This document shows positions 1 through 7,200 of a stretch of 64,000 nt of DNA, in pieces; the first letter of the stretch is position 1, and each line of letters opens with the position of its first letter. The notes under the pieces were generated by a model. That model ran no database searches and was not told the origin of the DNA. It saw only the letters and a list, made by a program, of their open reading frames with translations. The position numbers were made by a program, and so were the translations under genes. The stretch comes from a virus. Its lineage: Duplodnaviria > Caudoviricetes. Location of the stretch: the IMG/VR virus record IMGVR_UViG_3300038345_000094, positions 38,258 to 102,257 of that record. One strand, written 5' to 3'.

Positions 1-2
1 TC

Positions 3-134
3 GCTGGTGAGATCACTCTGCAGCTGGTGAAATGGCGTCATGTTGATACTGGCGACTACAAATACAGTATCAGACAGAAGAAAGGCTCGAAACAGACCAA
101 GAATATCGATTTACTAACGATTTTCAAGCGATGA
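3..134 (+). CDS. hypothetical protein, 5' truncated by window edge
   Basis: Open frame (AGEITLQLVKW...IFKR*) whose TGA overlaps the next ATG (ATGA 131-134). Confidence 0.5.
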   Translation, partial: AGEITLQLVKWRHVDTGDYKYSIRQKKGSKQTKNIDLLTIFKR

Positions 135-415
135 CCTTCGAGCGCGGCTGCCGGTACGATGAGAAGACTGGCGAAGTTTGTATCTACATGAACAAGCCGA
201 AGAACATCACGGAGTCGCTGAAGGGGCGAAACATACGCTTTGAGCATATCAACATGTGCGTAGACGAGTTTAAGAACAAGTCTGGCGTTACTATGTTGAG
301 CTTCAAGGGTATTGTTAGAACCCGCTTCAGCGACTTCAAGTCTACGACAATCTATCTCCGCGGCCGTATTACGAATGAAATTCAAGCAATGTCGTTTCGA
401 TATGGAAAGAAATGA
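131..415 (+). CDS. hypothetical protein
   Basis: 94-aa ORF, translationally coupled to neighbours. Confidence 0.6.
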   Translation: MTFERGCRYDEKTGEVCIYMNKPKNITESLKGRNIRFEHINMCVDEFKNKSGVTMLSFKGIVRTRFSDFKSTTIYLRGRITNEIQAMSFRYGKK

Positions 416-494
416 TTTGTTGACTGATGTCCTTGCCTTCCTGTTCGCACTCATTGTTGCGATAGTTATCATTTACTCATTATTCTTTAGTTAG
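402..494 (+). CDS. small single-pass membrane protein
   Basis: ATG at 402 gives MERNDLLTDVLAFLFALIVAIVIIYSLFFS; hydrophobic helix; stop 1 nt before next ATG. Confidence 0.5.
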   Translation: MERNDLLTDVLAFLFALIVAIVIIYSLFFS

Positions 495-495
495 T

Positions 496-1119
496 ATGAA
501 TTTATTCCTCAAAGATCTCAATGTTCGTGATTTTTTGAGAAACTATAGGTGTGTTATCCTCTGTCCGGGTGATAGAGCTTATTACACTTATAGCAATCCG
601 CTCACGATGCTCATTGAAGAACCGGAGAGACACAGTGTGCCAAGCTATCGTATTGGCGATTCGCTTCGTTTCTTGACTGAGAATCACCTCCCGGAGTATC
701 TTCACGACTTCTATCCGACCATCGACATAGACTTCGACAATCCTCGTCCGCGTATGACGCTGTCGCATAACTATCAGAATGCGCAGTTCTTCATGCCGGG
801 AGATAAACTCGAGTCTTACATCATCGACATGGATAGCGCCGTAAAGGTGGTGGAGGAATTCAAGTGGAAAGTTCCTCACACATTCACGAAACTCAGCAAG
901 GAGACCGTTTCTCGTTTCTTGAAGACGCTGGACGAAAAAGAAGGTTTCGACCTTTCGAAAATCGTCTTGGCGCCTATAAAGTATACGCTCGTCAATCCGG
1001 GTGCTGGTTGGAACGAGAGGCTTGTTCCTAAAAAATACATCGTCTTCGACAATAAGTTGAATCCTATCTACGTGAATGCGTTACTTGAGGTTCTCGACAA
1101 GATTATCGTAGACGATTAG
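496..1119 (+). CDS. hypothetical protein
   Basis: 207-aa ORF in co-directional array. Confidence 0.7.
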   Translation: MNLFLKDLNVRDFLRNYRCVILCPGDRAYYTYSNPLTMLIEEPERHSVPSYRIGDSLRFLTENHLPEYLHDFYPTIDIDFDNPRPRMTLSHNYQNAQFFMPGDKLESYIIDMDSAVKVVEEFKWKVPHTFTKLSKETVSRFLKTLDEKEGFDLSKIVLAPIKYTLVNPGAGWNERLVPKKYIVFDNKLNPIYVNALLEVLDKIIVDD

Positions 1120-1123
1120 CTCT

Positions 1124-1222
1124 AAGAGTGAAGCTTGATACCGGCTTGCTGTCAATAACTGGGCCCGTAGGGAATATGTGAGACAGTATAAAGTAGAGAT
1201 AAAACCGCTCGAAGCCACTCTT
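1124..1222 (+). ncRNA. candidate structured RNA (long irregular hairpin) upstream of tRNA-Leu
   Basis: AAGAGTG 1124-1130 / CACTCTT 1216-1222 closing stem, nested GCTT/AAGC, CGG/CCG and GCTGTC/GACAGT helices; intergenic. Confidence 0.4.
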
Positions 1223-1227
1223 TTCTT

Positions 1228-1312
1228 GCCTTGGTGATGAAATGGTAGACATAGTGGACTTAAAATCCACTGGCCAGAAACGGCCGTGCGGGTTCGATTC
1301 CCGCCCGAGGTA
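1228..1312 (+). tRNA. tRNA-Leu(TAA)
   Basis: GCCTTGG/CCGAGGT acceptor, GTGGA-CT TAA AA-TCCAC anticodon arm, long variable arm, GGTTCGATT T-loop. Confidence 0.95.
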
Positions 1313-1342
1313 CAAAGTTCAACTTATTAACACAAAGAAGAG

Positions 1343-1549
1343 ATGAAATTCATTGCAGCCTTAGTAGTGCTTCTTTTGTTGGCTTTTGCAGCACTATTCT
1401 TCGCGTCTCTCTATGTCGTGCTTGCTCCTACTCCTCGGCATAAGCACAAAGAAATCAAGACGCCAGTGAAAAAGCCTGAAGTAGAACCGCTCGGCGAGTC
1501 GAAAGACATCAACGGCATTGAAGTCCAACAGGGAATACTTATGTCATGA
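1343..1549 (+). CDS. small membrane-anchored protein
   Basis: N-terminal hydrophobic helix followed by a basic/Pro-rich tail. Confidence 0.65.
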   Translation: MKFIAALVVLLLLAFAALFFASLYVVLAPTPRHKHKEIKTPVKKPEVEPLGESKDINGIEVQQGILMS

Positions 1550-1707
1550 TTCATTTCACTGCCTACTGGGGTTACATTGAAGAAATTCGTGTCAGCCCCG
1601 AAAATGCACTCAAGATGGCAAGAATGTCATACCACAACGGTGTGTTGTCCTTGCCAGACTACTTGAAGATTCGCAGTAAACTCGAACAAAAAATCGGAAA
1701 GAAATGA
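1546..1707 (+). CDS. small hypothetical protein (53 aa)
   Basis: Below ORF-track cutoff; ATGA overlaps at both ends. Confidence 0.55.
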   Translation: MIHFTAYWGYIEEIRVSPENALKMARMSYHNGVLSLPDYLKIRSKLEQKIGKK

Positions 1708-1874
1708 GCAGAGTGGTAACTAACAAATTACTCCGCGCGATTGACCTCTGGATCGACAGGATTAAGTCAAGACGAGAATTAAGGAAGGCTTTGAAAGCCT
1801 CATACTCTCAGTGTGAATATGCTGAAGAGCCAGATCCTGTGATTGACGATATCGATTATGTCCGGAGAAGCTAA
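1704..1874 (+). CDS. small hypothetical protein (56 aa)
   Basis: ATGA coupling to the upstream ORF. Confidence 0.5.
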   Translation: MSRVVTNKLLRAIDLWIDRIKSRRELRKALKASYSQCEYAEEPDPVIDDIDYVRRS

Positions 1875-2010
1875 GAAAAAGGAAAGTCTCATCATCATTC
1901 ATCTCGACAGGGAGGTAGACGATCAGTTACTTGAAGCGATGACGCAATCTGTTATTGCATTCATGAACAGACGTTGGCCCATCGAAGCGAATTGGCAATT
2001 ACCGTCTTAA
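1858..2010 (+). CDS. small hypothetical protein (50 aa)
   Basis: Fills the gap in the co-directional array. Confidence 0.45.
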   Translation: MSGEAKKKESLIIIHLDREVDDQLLEAMTQSVIAFMNRRWPIEANWQLPS

Positions 2011-2042
2011 TTAATGTCTAGCAATCTTAAAATCAGGAGGTT

Positions 2043-2273
2043 ATGACAGAAAAGAAATTCCAGAAAATAAACGCTGCGCATAGTGAAATTCGATATTGGA
2101 GAGATGTCCTTCGAAACTTAAAGGACATTCCAACAACGGACTTTCACATTCGCGCTTCTACTGTTGGTAGTGGCTGTGATCACTCAGTTTCGTTTATCAT
2201 AAAGGGAGATGAACTAATCGACCTGATTACCAAGAAACTGCAGACAGCGATAGACGAATTCGAACGGCTTTAA
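2043..2273 (+). CDS. hypothetical protein
   Basis: 76-aa ORF. Confidence 0.6.
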   Translation: MTEKKFQKINAAHSEIRYWRDVLRNLKDIPTTDFHIRASTVGSGCDHSVSFIIKGDELIDLITKKLQTAIDEFERL

Positions 2274-2281
2274 AGCTGAAT

Positions 2282-2355
2282 AGGGAGTTAGCTCAGCCGG
2301 TTAGAGCAGTACCCTTATAAGGTAAAGGTCCTGGGTTCAAGCCCCAGACTCCCTA
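2282..2355 (+). tRNA. tRNA-Ile(TAT)
   Basis: AGGGAGT/ACTCCCT acceptor, GCTC/GAGC D-stem, TACC-CT TAT AA-GGTA anticodon arm, CTGGG-TTCAAGC-CCCAG T-arm. Confidence 0.9.
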
Positions 2356-2385
2356 CCGATTGTTAAACTTCTAATTGACCAGTAT

Positions 2386-3285
2386 ATGACACGAGAAGAA
2401 GCAATAGAAATTGTGAAAACGCAATATTCTCACGATAGTGTTATGAAAACAGCTCTCGGGATGCTGATTCCTGAACTCTGTGAGAGCAGCGATGAGATAA
2501 TTCGGTCTGCTATGATAAAAGGATTCAATTTTCTAATGGTGAAACGCGAAATTAATACATTTGCCGGGACACCAATTAGAAATATTCTTGCCTACCTTGA
2601 AAAGCAAGAAAATGCCTTTGAGAACGGTCGTCAGTTTGGAATTATGCAAGAACAGGCAAGACAAGAACTTGAATGGCCAGATGAAAAGCAGAAAGAGCAA
2701 AAGCCTGAAATCAAATATGTTTATCCAAAATTTAGAAAAGGAGATGTTATCGAACCAATTACACCAAATGGTCATTTTACACCAGTGCGGGTTGTAGATA
2801 TATGGAATAACAGCTATTCTTGTAGGTCTGATGATGGTAATGCGTATCTGAGTCTTCCTATAAAGCATGAAGACGAATATAGACTTGTAAAGCAGAAGCC
2901 CACAGAGAAGCAAGATTACTCTAGACTGAATGACCTTGAACGGGCAATCCATCGTGGATTCCTTGCTGCTGGGATTGAAAATGTTTCTGTCACTATTATC
3001 AAAGAAACCGCACAGGATTGTCTTGCACAGATGAAGTCAGCAGAGTGGAGCGAGGAGGATAAAAAATTTCTTCAAGTTGCTATTTCTTGCACTTATGACC
3101 GAGGTTATTTGTCGGTTTCTAATTGGCTCAAATCCCTCCGTCCTTCTTGGAAACCCAGCGAGGAGCAGATGAATTGTTTATGTGCCGCAGTTGATGCGGC
3201 AATAAGAAAACACAACGAATCGATAAGTGGATATGAGCCCGCAAGAGTTCTAAAATCACTCTACGAACAACTCAAGAAACTTTGA
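2386..3285 (+). CDS. hypothetical protein with EWSEED and WKPSEEQM motifs
   Basis: 299-aa ORF; motifs I associate with modular Bacteroidota phage proteins. Confidence 0.7.
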   Translation: MTREEAIEIVKTQYSHDSVMKTALGMLIPELCESSDEIIRSAMIKGFNFLMVKREINTFAGTPIRNILAYLEKQENAFENGRQFGIMQEQARQELEWPDEKQKEQKPEIKYVYPKFRKGDVIEPITPNGHFTPVRVVDIWNNSYSCRSDDGNAYLSLPIKHEDEYRLVKQKPTEKQDYSRLNDLERAIHRGFLAAGIENVSVTIIKETAQDCLAQMKSAEWSEEDKKFLQVAISCTYDRGYLSVSNWLKSLRPSWKPSEEQMNCLCAAVDAAIRKHNESISGYEPARVLKSLYEQLKKL

Positions 3286-3286
3286 C

Positions 3287-3520
3287 ATGGAAGCACCTGA
3301 TAAAATATATCTTGAGAAAAGTCTTTCTTTTCCAGACAAATTTCACCGCCATTGGTATAAAGAAGACATAGTTGGAAATGGCATTGAATATATTCGCAAA
3401 GACAAACTAATTGAGTGGACGGAAAGAGAGTTAGAGAAACGTAAAAATACAGGAGATGATTACTTCTATCCTGCAATCGTTGTCCTTGAAGATTTGATTG
3501 ATAAACTTAACGAGCTATAA
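3287..3520 (+). CDS. hypothetical protein (EAPDKIY...EYIRKD type)
   Basis: 77-aa ORF starting 1 nt after previous stop. Confidence 0.65.
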   Translation: MEAPDKIYLEKSLSFPDKFHRHWYKEDIVGNGIEYIRKDKLIEWTERELEKRKNTGDDYFYPAIVVLEDLIDKLNEL

Positions 3521-3524
3521 CACA

Positions 3525-3698
3525 ATGAGCGTATTAATTAATGCTAATCGTCTTATCTCGAAGCTCGAAACCCTCCACGACGAGTACGAGAAAAAAATCG
3601 ACGAAACGGGATATCCCGGGTTCGAGTCTTCGATGGACCTGATCGACAAAATAGAAGAGATGGTCCAAGAGATGAAGAACAAGGGACAGAAGAAATAA
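3525..3698 (+). CDS. small coiled-coil hypothetical protein
   Basis: ATG at 3525, 4 nt after previous stop. Confidence 0.55.
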   Translation: MSVLINANRLISKLETLHDEYEKKIDETGYPGFESSMDLIDKIEEMVQEMKNKGQKK

Positions 3699-3703
3699 TA
3701 TTC

Positions 3704-3873
3704 GCGCGGTTTTTGGGGGTAGTGCCGCGCATATACCGAAAAAAGGGTTGCAGTAGGTCGCCATCATGTGAACCCTTGATCCCTAAAGTTAAAAGCCGCG
3801 GGCGGTCAAATGCAGAAGGCTACTGCGGGAGACAGACCATTGGGTAATTCCATAGGAGCGCACTAATGATGGC
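3704..3873 (+). ncRNA. candidate multi-pseudoknot ncRNA upstream of tRNA-Lys
   Basis: Hairpins GCGCGG/CCGCGC, AAGGGTT/AACCCTT and GGTC/GACC; loop segments GCAGTAG/CTACTGC, GCCATCAT/ATGATGGC and TAGTGC/GCACTA are complementary; no + strand ORF. Confidence 0.55.
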
Positions 3874-3877
3874 TTTT

Positions 3878-3951
3878 GGTCCTGTAGCTGAGTTGGTAAA
3901 GCACCGCCCTTTTAAGGCGCGTGATCGTCAGTTCGAGCCTGACCGGGACCA
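3878..3951 (+). tRNA. tRNA-Lys(TTT)
   Basis: GGTCCTG/CGGGACC acceptor, CGCC-CT TTT AA-GGCG anticodon arm, GTCAG-TTCGAGC-CTGAC T-arm. Confidence 0.9.
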
Positions 3952-3972
3952 CACAGAAAAAGAGATTTGAAG

Positions 3973-4329
3973 ATGGAAGAACAAGTCAATCATCCTCGTC
4001 ACTACAACAATTACTCCGTAGAAGTGATAGAGATGTTCAGGAGAATCTACGGAGATAGGAAGACCGCTGACTGGTGTGAGATGACAGCTTTAAAGTATCG
4101 CATGAGAATGGGTACGAAGAAAGATAATCCCACACAGCAGGATCTTGATAAAGAGCAGTGGTATCTCGCAAAAGCAAAAGAATTGCGGGAGAGCGACGAT
4201 CTTTCAGTTCGAATCGAATTACTTCTTGAACGGATCAAAGAGAATCAGGATGAAATACGAGAGCTTAGAAGGCAGATAACTGATCTTCGAATAAGAAGTA
4301 AAAATATGACTACAATAGATATTGGGTGA
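3973..4329 (+). CDS. DUF3310 (SaV-like) protein with C-terminal coiled coil
   Basis: VNHPRHYN, KYRMRMGTK and DLDKEQWY motifs. Confidence 0.8.
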   Translation: MEEQVNHPRHYNNYSVEVIEMFRRIYGDRKTADWCEMTALKYRMRMGTKKDNPTQQDLDKEQWYLAKAKELRESDDLSVRIELLLERIKENQDEIRELRRQITDLRIRSKNMTTIDIG

Positions 4330-4409
4330 GTTGGCCGAGCGGTCGATGGCAATTGCCTTGAAAGCAATCGTACTGTAAGGTACCGGGAGTTCGAATCTCT
4401 CACTCACCG
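4325..4409 (+). tRNA. tRNA-Ser(TGA)
   Basis: GGTGAGT/ACTCACC acceptor with G discriminator, ATTGC-CT TGA AA-GCAAT, long variable arm. Confidence 0.95.
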
Positions 4410-4415
4410 CAAAAT

Positions 4416-4510
4416 GGTTAAGCGACGCGAAGGGATGCACGGCGAGAGCTCCTACGGAGTACGGACACCCGAGAAATGTGTCTTTTCGGGTTCGAATCCC
4501 GACTTAACCA
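4416..4510 (+). ncRNA. non-canonical tRNA-like RNA
   Basis: Perfect GGTTAAG/CTTAACC acceptor and TCGGG-TTCGAAT-CCCGA T-arm, but no canonical D-arm or 7-nt anticodon loop. Confidence 0.7.
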
Positions 4511-4512
4511 CA

Positions 4513-4594
4513 TATGCAGGCGATAACGAACGTAGAAAACAACCATTTTCTCATAATATAGGACATTTCAAAGGCACAAAATATCGCTTGCATA
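4513..4594 (+). ncRNA. stem-closed A/C-rich loop RNA
   Basis: 13-bp stem TATGCAGGCGATA/TATCGCTTGCATA (one G-U) fills the space between two tRNA-type genes. Confidence 0.5.
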
Positions 4595-4597
4595 CTT

Positions 4598-4670
4598 GGG
4601 GGATTAGCTCAGCTGGTAGAGCATAACATTTGCAATGTTAGGGTCAGGAGTTCGAATCTCCTATTCTCCA
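4598..4670 (+). tRNA. tRNA-Ala(TGC)
   Basis: GGGGGAT/ATTCTCC acceptor with the G3-U70 Ala identity pair, TAACA-TT TGC AA-TGTTA. Confidence 0.95.
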
Positions 4671-4677
4671 CAAATTC

Positions 4678-4750
4678 GGGAATATAGCTCAATCGGTAGA
4701 GCAATTGGCTGTTAACCAATAGGTTGTAGGATCGTGCCCTACTATTCCCG
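4678..4750 (+). tRNA. tRNA-Asn(GTT)
   Basis: GGGAATA/TATTCCC acceptor, ATTGG-CT GTT AA-CCAAT; atypical T-loop ATCGTGC. Confidence 0.9.
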
Positions 4751-4772
4751 CAAAACTAAAAACAAAAGCCAT

Positions 4773-4946
4773 ATGAAAAGAAGAGATTTTCTTTCTTGTG
4801 AAGGTACGAACTGTCCTCTCAAGAATACCTGCCACAAGTATCACAACTGGATGAACGATGACGATTCTGTACTAACGGAGATAGCACCAGCGTATGTCGA
4901 TAACCAGTGCGTGAATTACAATCAGATTGATTACTGCGGTAATTAG
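4773..4946 (+). CDS. small Cys-rich hypothetical protein
   Basis: CEGTNCPLKNTCHKY motif; ATG at 4773 after an A-rich leader (the ORF-track start lies inside tRNA-Asn). Confidence 0.6.
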   Translation: MKRRDFLSCEGTNCPLKNTCHKYHNWMNDDDSVLTEIAPAYVDNQCVNYNQIDYCGN

Positions 4947-4959
4947 AAATATAAACCAT

Positions 4960-5058
4960 GCCGGTGTGGTTTTCACTGTCCATATCCTGAGTCGTTTTGG
5001 TGTTAGTAGGTTGTTTAACATATTCGTTCATCGGCCGCAGCTGTGCGTTAAACAGCAT
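4960..5058 (+). ncRNA. stem-closed G/U-rich loop RNA
   Basis: GCCGGTG/CATCGGC stem; TTGTTTAAC can also pair with downstream GTTAAACAG. Confidence 0.45.
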
Positions 5059-5060
5059 TT

Positions 5061-5136
5061 GCCACTTTAGCTCAGCTGGTAGAGCGTGTGATTTGTAATC
5101 TCAAGGTCGTCGGTTCGATCCCGGCAAGTGGCTCCA
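5061..5136 (+). tRNA. tRNA-Thr(TGT)
   Basis: GCCACTT/AAGTGGC acceptor, TT TGT AA loop, encoded CCA. Confidence 0.95.
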
Positions 5137-5183
5137 GCGTTAACTCTGTACGCAAAGAAACAGAGATGCTCTTTCACATTTAT

Positions 5184-5265
5184 GGGGGTCACATTGATTG
5201 TTTAACCCTGCCAGTGAAAACACTGGTGCCGTTTGATATGAGATGCTTGCATTCCGGAGACCCCC
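5184..5265 (+). ncRNA. candidate structured RNA or leader of the lipoprotein gene
   Basis: GGGGGTC/GACCCCC closing stem, internal CCAGTG-AAAA-CACTGG hairpin. Confidence 0.4.
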
Positions 5266-5291
5266 TTTACTCGACAATCATTTTTCTGCTT

Positions 5292-6050
5292 ATGAAGAAA
5301 ATAGTATTATTTCTCTCCGCGCTAGCACTGCTGGCATGTGCAAGGACTCCTCTGACACAAGAGGTGACCTTCAAGCCCACTCTCGTAGAGACGGGTAGTA
5401 TGACAAGAGCGACTAACCATAGCGAGATACTAGATCTCATTGAGTCGACATACACTCCATTCGCAGTTGATCTTTACACGAACGAAGAAGCGAACCAATT
5501 CATCAAGATGGAGTTCGGGAGGACTTATACAGTTCCTATCGGCACATTCAAGGTGACTGGTTACAATTCGATTACGCAAACAGGATCGACATCTGGAAAA
5601 TACACGATTGGTAAATCTCCGAGTTTCTATACGCAATCATATGTGACTATCGAATACGGAACTCAAGAGTATGCCATCCCGATTGAAGTTCGTTCTGCTG
5701 CCATCGTTATCGATCTCTCGGAAGTATATCAAGTCGCTGTGAAAGGAAAGTCTGGTTCGTATATTACATTCCAGAACTCAGATTTTGTCTATTCCGACCA
5801 CTATGGAGTATTCTTTATCAACGGATACTTTAGCGGAGCTGATCGAGTCGAGATTATGGTAATGCCAAAAACTGGCGCTAACAAGGAGACCGAATTTATT
5901 CTTTGTGCCGACTCTGTGAATACTGGCGGTAGTACTTATGCTCAACTGGAAATGGGAAAGTATTATGTATTACATCCCAATCCTATTACTGAGCTCAGCG
6001 GAGTTTCGTTTTCTATGGATATTCCCAATTGGGAGTGCGGACTTGACTAA
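5292..6050 (+). CDS. Bacteroidota-type lipoprotein, fimbrillin/type V pilin-like
   Basis: MKKIVLFLSALALLAC signal peptide II with lipobox, a TRA motif shortly after, beta-rich body; start reassigned from 5088. Confidence 0.7.
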   Translation: MKKIVLFLSALALLACARTPLTQEVTFKPTLVETGSMTRATNHSEILDLIESTYTPFAVDLYTNEEANQFIKMEFGRTYTVPIGTFKVTGYNSITQTGSTSGKYTIGKSPSFYTQSYVTIEYGTQEYAIPIEVRSAAIVIDLSEVYQVAVKGKSGSYITFQNSDFVYSDHYGVFFINGYFSGADRVEIMVMPKTGANKETEFILCADSVNTGGSTYAQLEMGKYYVLHPNPITELSGVSFSMDIPNWECGLD

Positions 6051-6053
6051 GAT

Positions 6054-6254
6054 ATGGACGAGAAACGGCTCAAGGAAATAACTAGACGTTATAACGCCGA
6101 AAGACATAACTTCAGCTTCCCTACGGTTTCTGCTTCCGAGCAGGGAGTAAAATCTATCATCGAGATGGATAAGAAAATGGAAGAACTGTCTGATGACAAG
6201 CTGATCTTCAAGATTGCTGTTGTCGTTAACGATCTCGCATTCGGCTGGAATTAA
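6054..6254 (+). CDS. hypothetical protein
   Basis: 66-aa ORF 3 nt after previous stop. Confidence 0.55.
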   Translation: MDEKRLKEITRRYNAERHNFSFPTVSASEQGVKSIIEMDKKMEELSDDKLIFKIAVVVNDLAFGWN

Positions 6255-6273
6255 CGCGCAAATTGGCTGTACT

Positions 6274-6426
6274 ATGGCAAAGATGTCAAAAGAAAACGCA
6301 CTTTGGATACTCGTTCAGATGAGTAGATCTTCATTCTATGGACCAAATGTAATCGAAGCATTGCGTATGGGCATCGATGCTCTCCGTAAAGCCAACGATT
6401 ACGAAAAAGGGAACAAGCCTCAATAG
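6274..6426 (+). CDS. small hypothetical protein
   Basis: ATG at 6274; EALRMGIDAL helix. Confidence 0.5.
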   Translation: MAKMSKENALWILVQMSRSSFYGPNVIEALRMGIDALRKANDYEKGNKPQ

Positions 6427-6437
6427 ACAAGCGGTCA

Positions 6438-6510
<73 letters not shown>

Positions 6511-6557
6511 CAAAGCATTTAACTTTCATTCTTGACTTTCTTGTTTAGTTGGTTTCG

Positions 6558-6598
6558 GCCACTCTTTCGCAGTGATGCAAGAGAGTGGCTTCTTTTTT
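6558..6598 (+). terminator. intrinsic terminator
   Basis: GCCACTCT/AGAGTGGC stem with GCA-GTGA-TGC cap, followed by a T-tract. Confidence 0.75.
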
Positions 6599-6611
6599 AA
6601 GACAATGTTAC

Positions 6612-6813
6612 GAGCGAGTAATCGCTCATTGAGATATTCCGGGGTGTTGCTGACACACAGGTCATCGACTTATCTCTCAGCGCATAGCATCAACGGATAT
6701 AGTGTGAGACGCTGTAGGGCTCGCACAAGAACAGTGCAACTCTCGAAGCATTTATGGATGATGCTTGCAGTGAATGAAGCCCGGTACTTCACGAAGCGCT
6801 GTTTACACTGCAA
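6612..6813 (+). ncRNA. candidate ~200-nt structured ncRNA upstream of tRNA-Gln
   Basis: GAGCGA-GTAA-TCGCTC, TATAGTG/CGCTGTA, GCAC/GTGC, AAGCAT/ATGCTT, GGGCT/AGCCC and TTGCAGTG/CACTGCAA helices. Confidence 0.5.
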
Positions 6814-6816
6814 AAT

Positions 6817-6887
6817 TGAAGCATGGTGTAATGGCAGCACTAGGGATTTTGGTTCCCTCAGTCCAGGTTCGAATCCTGGTGTTTCAA
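6817..6887 (+). tRNA. tRNA-Gln(TTG)
   Basis: TGAAGCA/TGTTTCA acceptor (U1-A72), AGGGA-TT TTG GT-TCCCT, CCAGG-TTCGAAT-CCTGG. Confidence 0.93.
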
Positions 6888-6912
6888 CAAACAACTCCAA
6901 ACTAGTTTTCAT

Positions 6913-7200
6913 ATGAAAAAATGGTCTGAACAGGAGATTGCAGCCTTGAGCAACTCCGTAGCCACTCATGGCTATTCCAAAGGTATCAGGGCATTCATCA
7001 ACAGCGCAGAGAATGGTTGCGGCCGCACTTTCTCGGCGTGTGAGTACATGCTTTACAAACAGGCTAAACAGCATCAGGTCGACGATGCTACAGTGCCTGT
7101 TGACGAGAAGCCTCAGATGCACAAGGTCGACGACGACACCAAACATGAAATGTCGTGGATCAAAAGTTTAATCTATAGGCTTTTCGGTTGTAAGTCATGA
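6913..7200 (+). CDS. hypothetical protein, possible Myb/SANT-like HTH
   Basis: KKWSEQE...GRTFSAC pattern. Confidence 0.55.
   Translation: MKKWSEQEIAALSNSVATHGYSKGIRAFINSAENGCGRTFSACEYMLYKQAKQHQVDDATVPVDEKPQMHKVDDDTKHEMSWIKSLIYRLFGCKS

Noticed and set aside
4445-4462. CTA in the tRNA-like RNA read as an amber-suppressor anticodon
   Set aside because: No stem places CTA at the centre of a 7-nt loop.
5137-5180. HDV-like theta ribozyme in a tRNA 3' trailer
   Set aside because: No P3/L3 or nested double pseudoknot; none seen after the other tRNAs either.
5184-5265. tmRNA or TPP riboswitch
   Set aside because: No T-arm/CCA end or tag frame, and no TPP core motifs.
5088-5291. N-terminal extension of the lipoprotein ORF
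   Set aside because: It runs through tRNA-Thr; the signal peptide begins at 5292.
6600-6800. RNase P RNA resemblance (AGTGCAAC, CCGGG/CCCGG)
   Set aside because: Too short, lacks GAGGAAAGTCC, and the matching bases fit a local hairpin.
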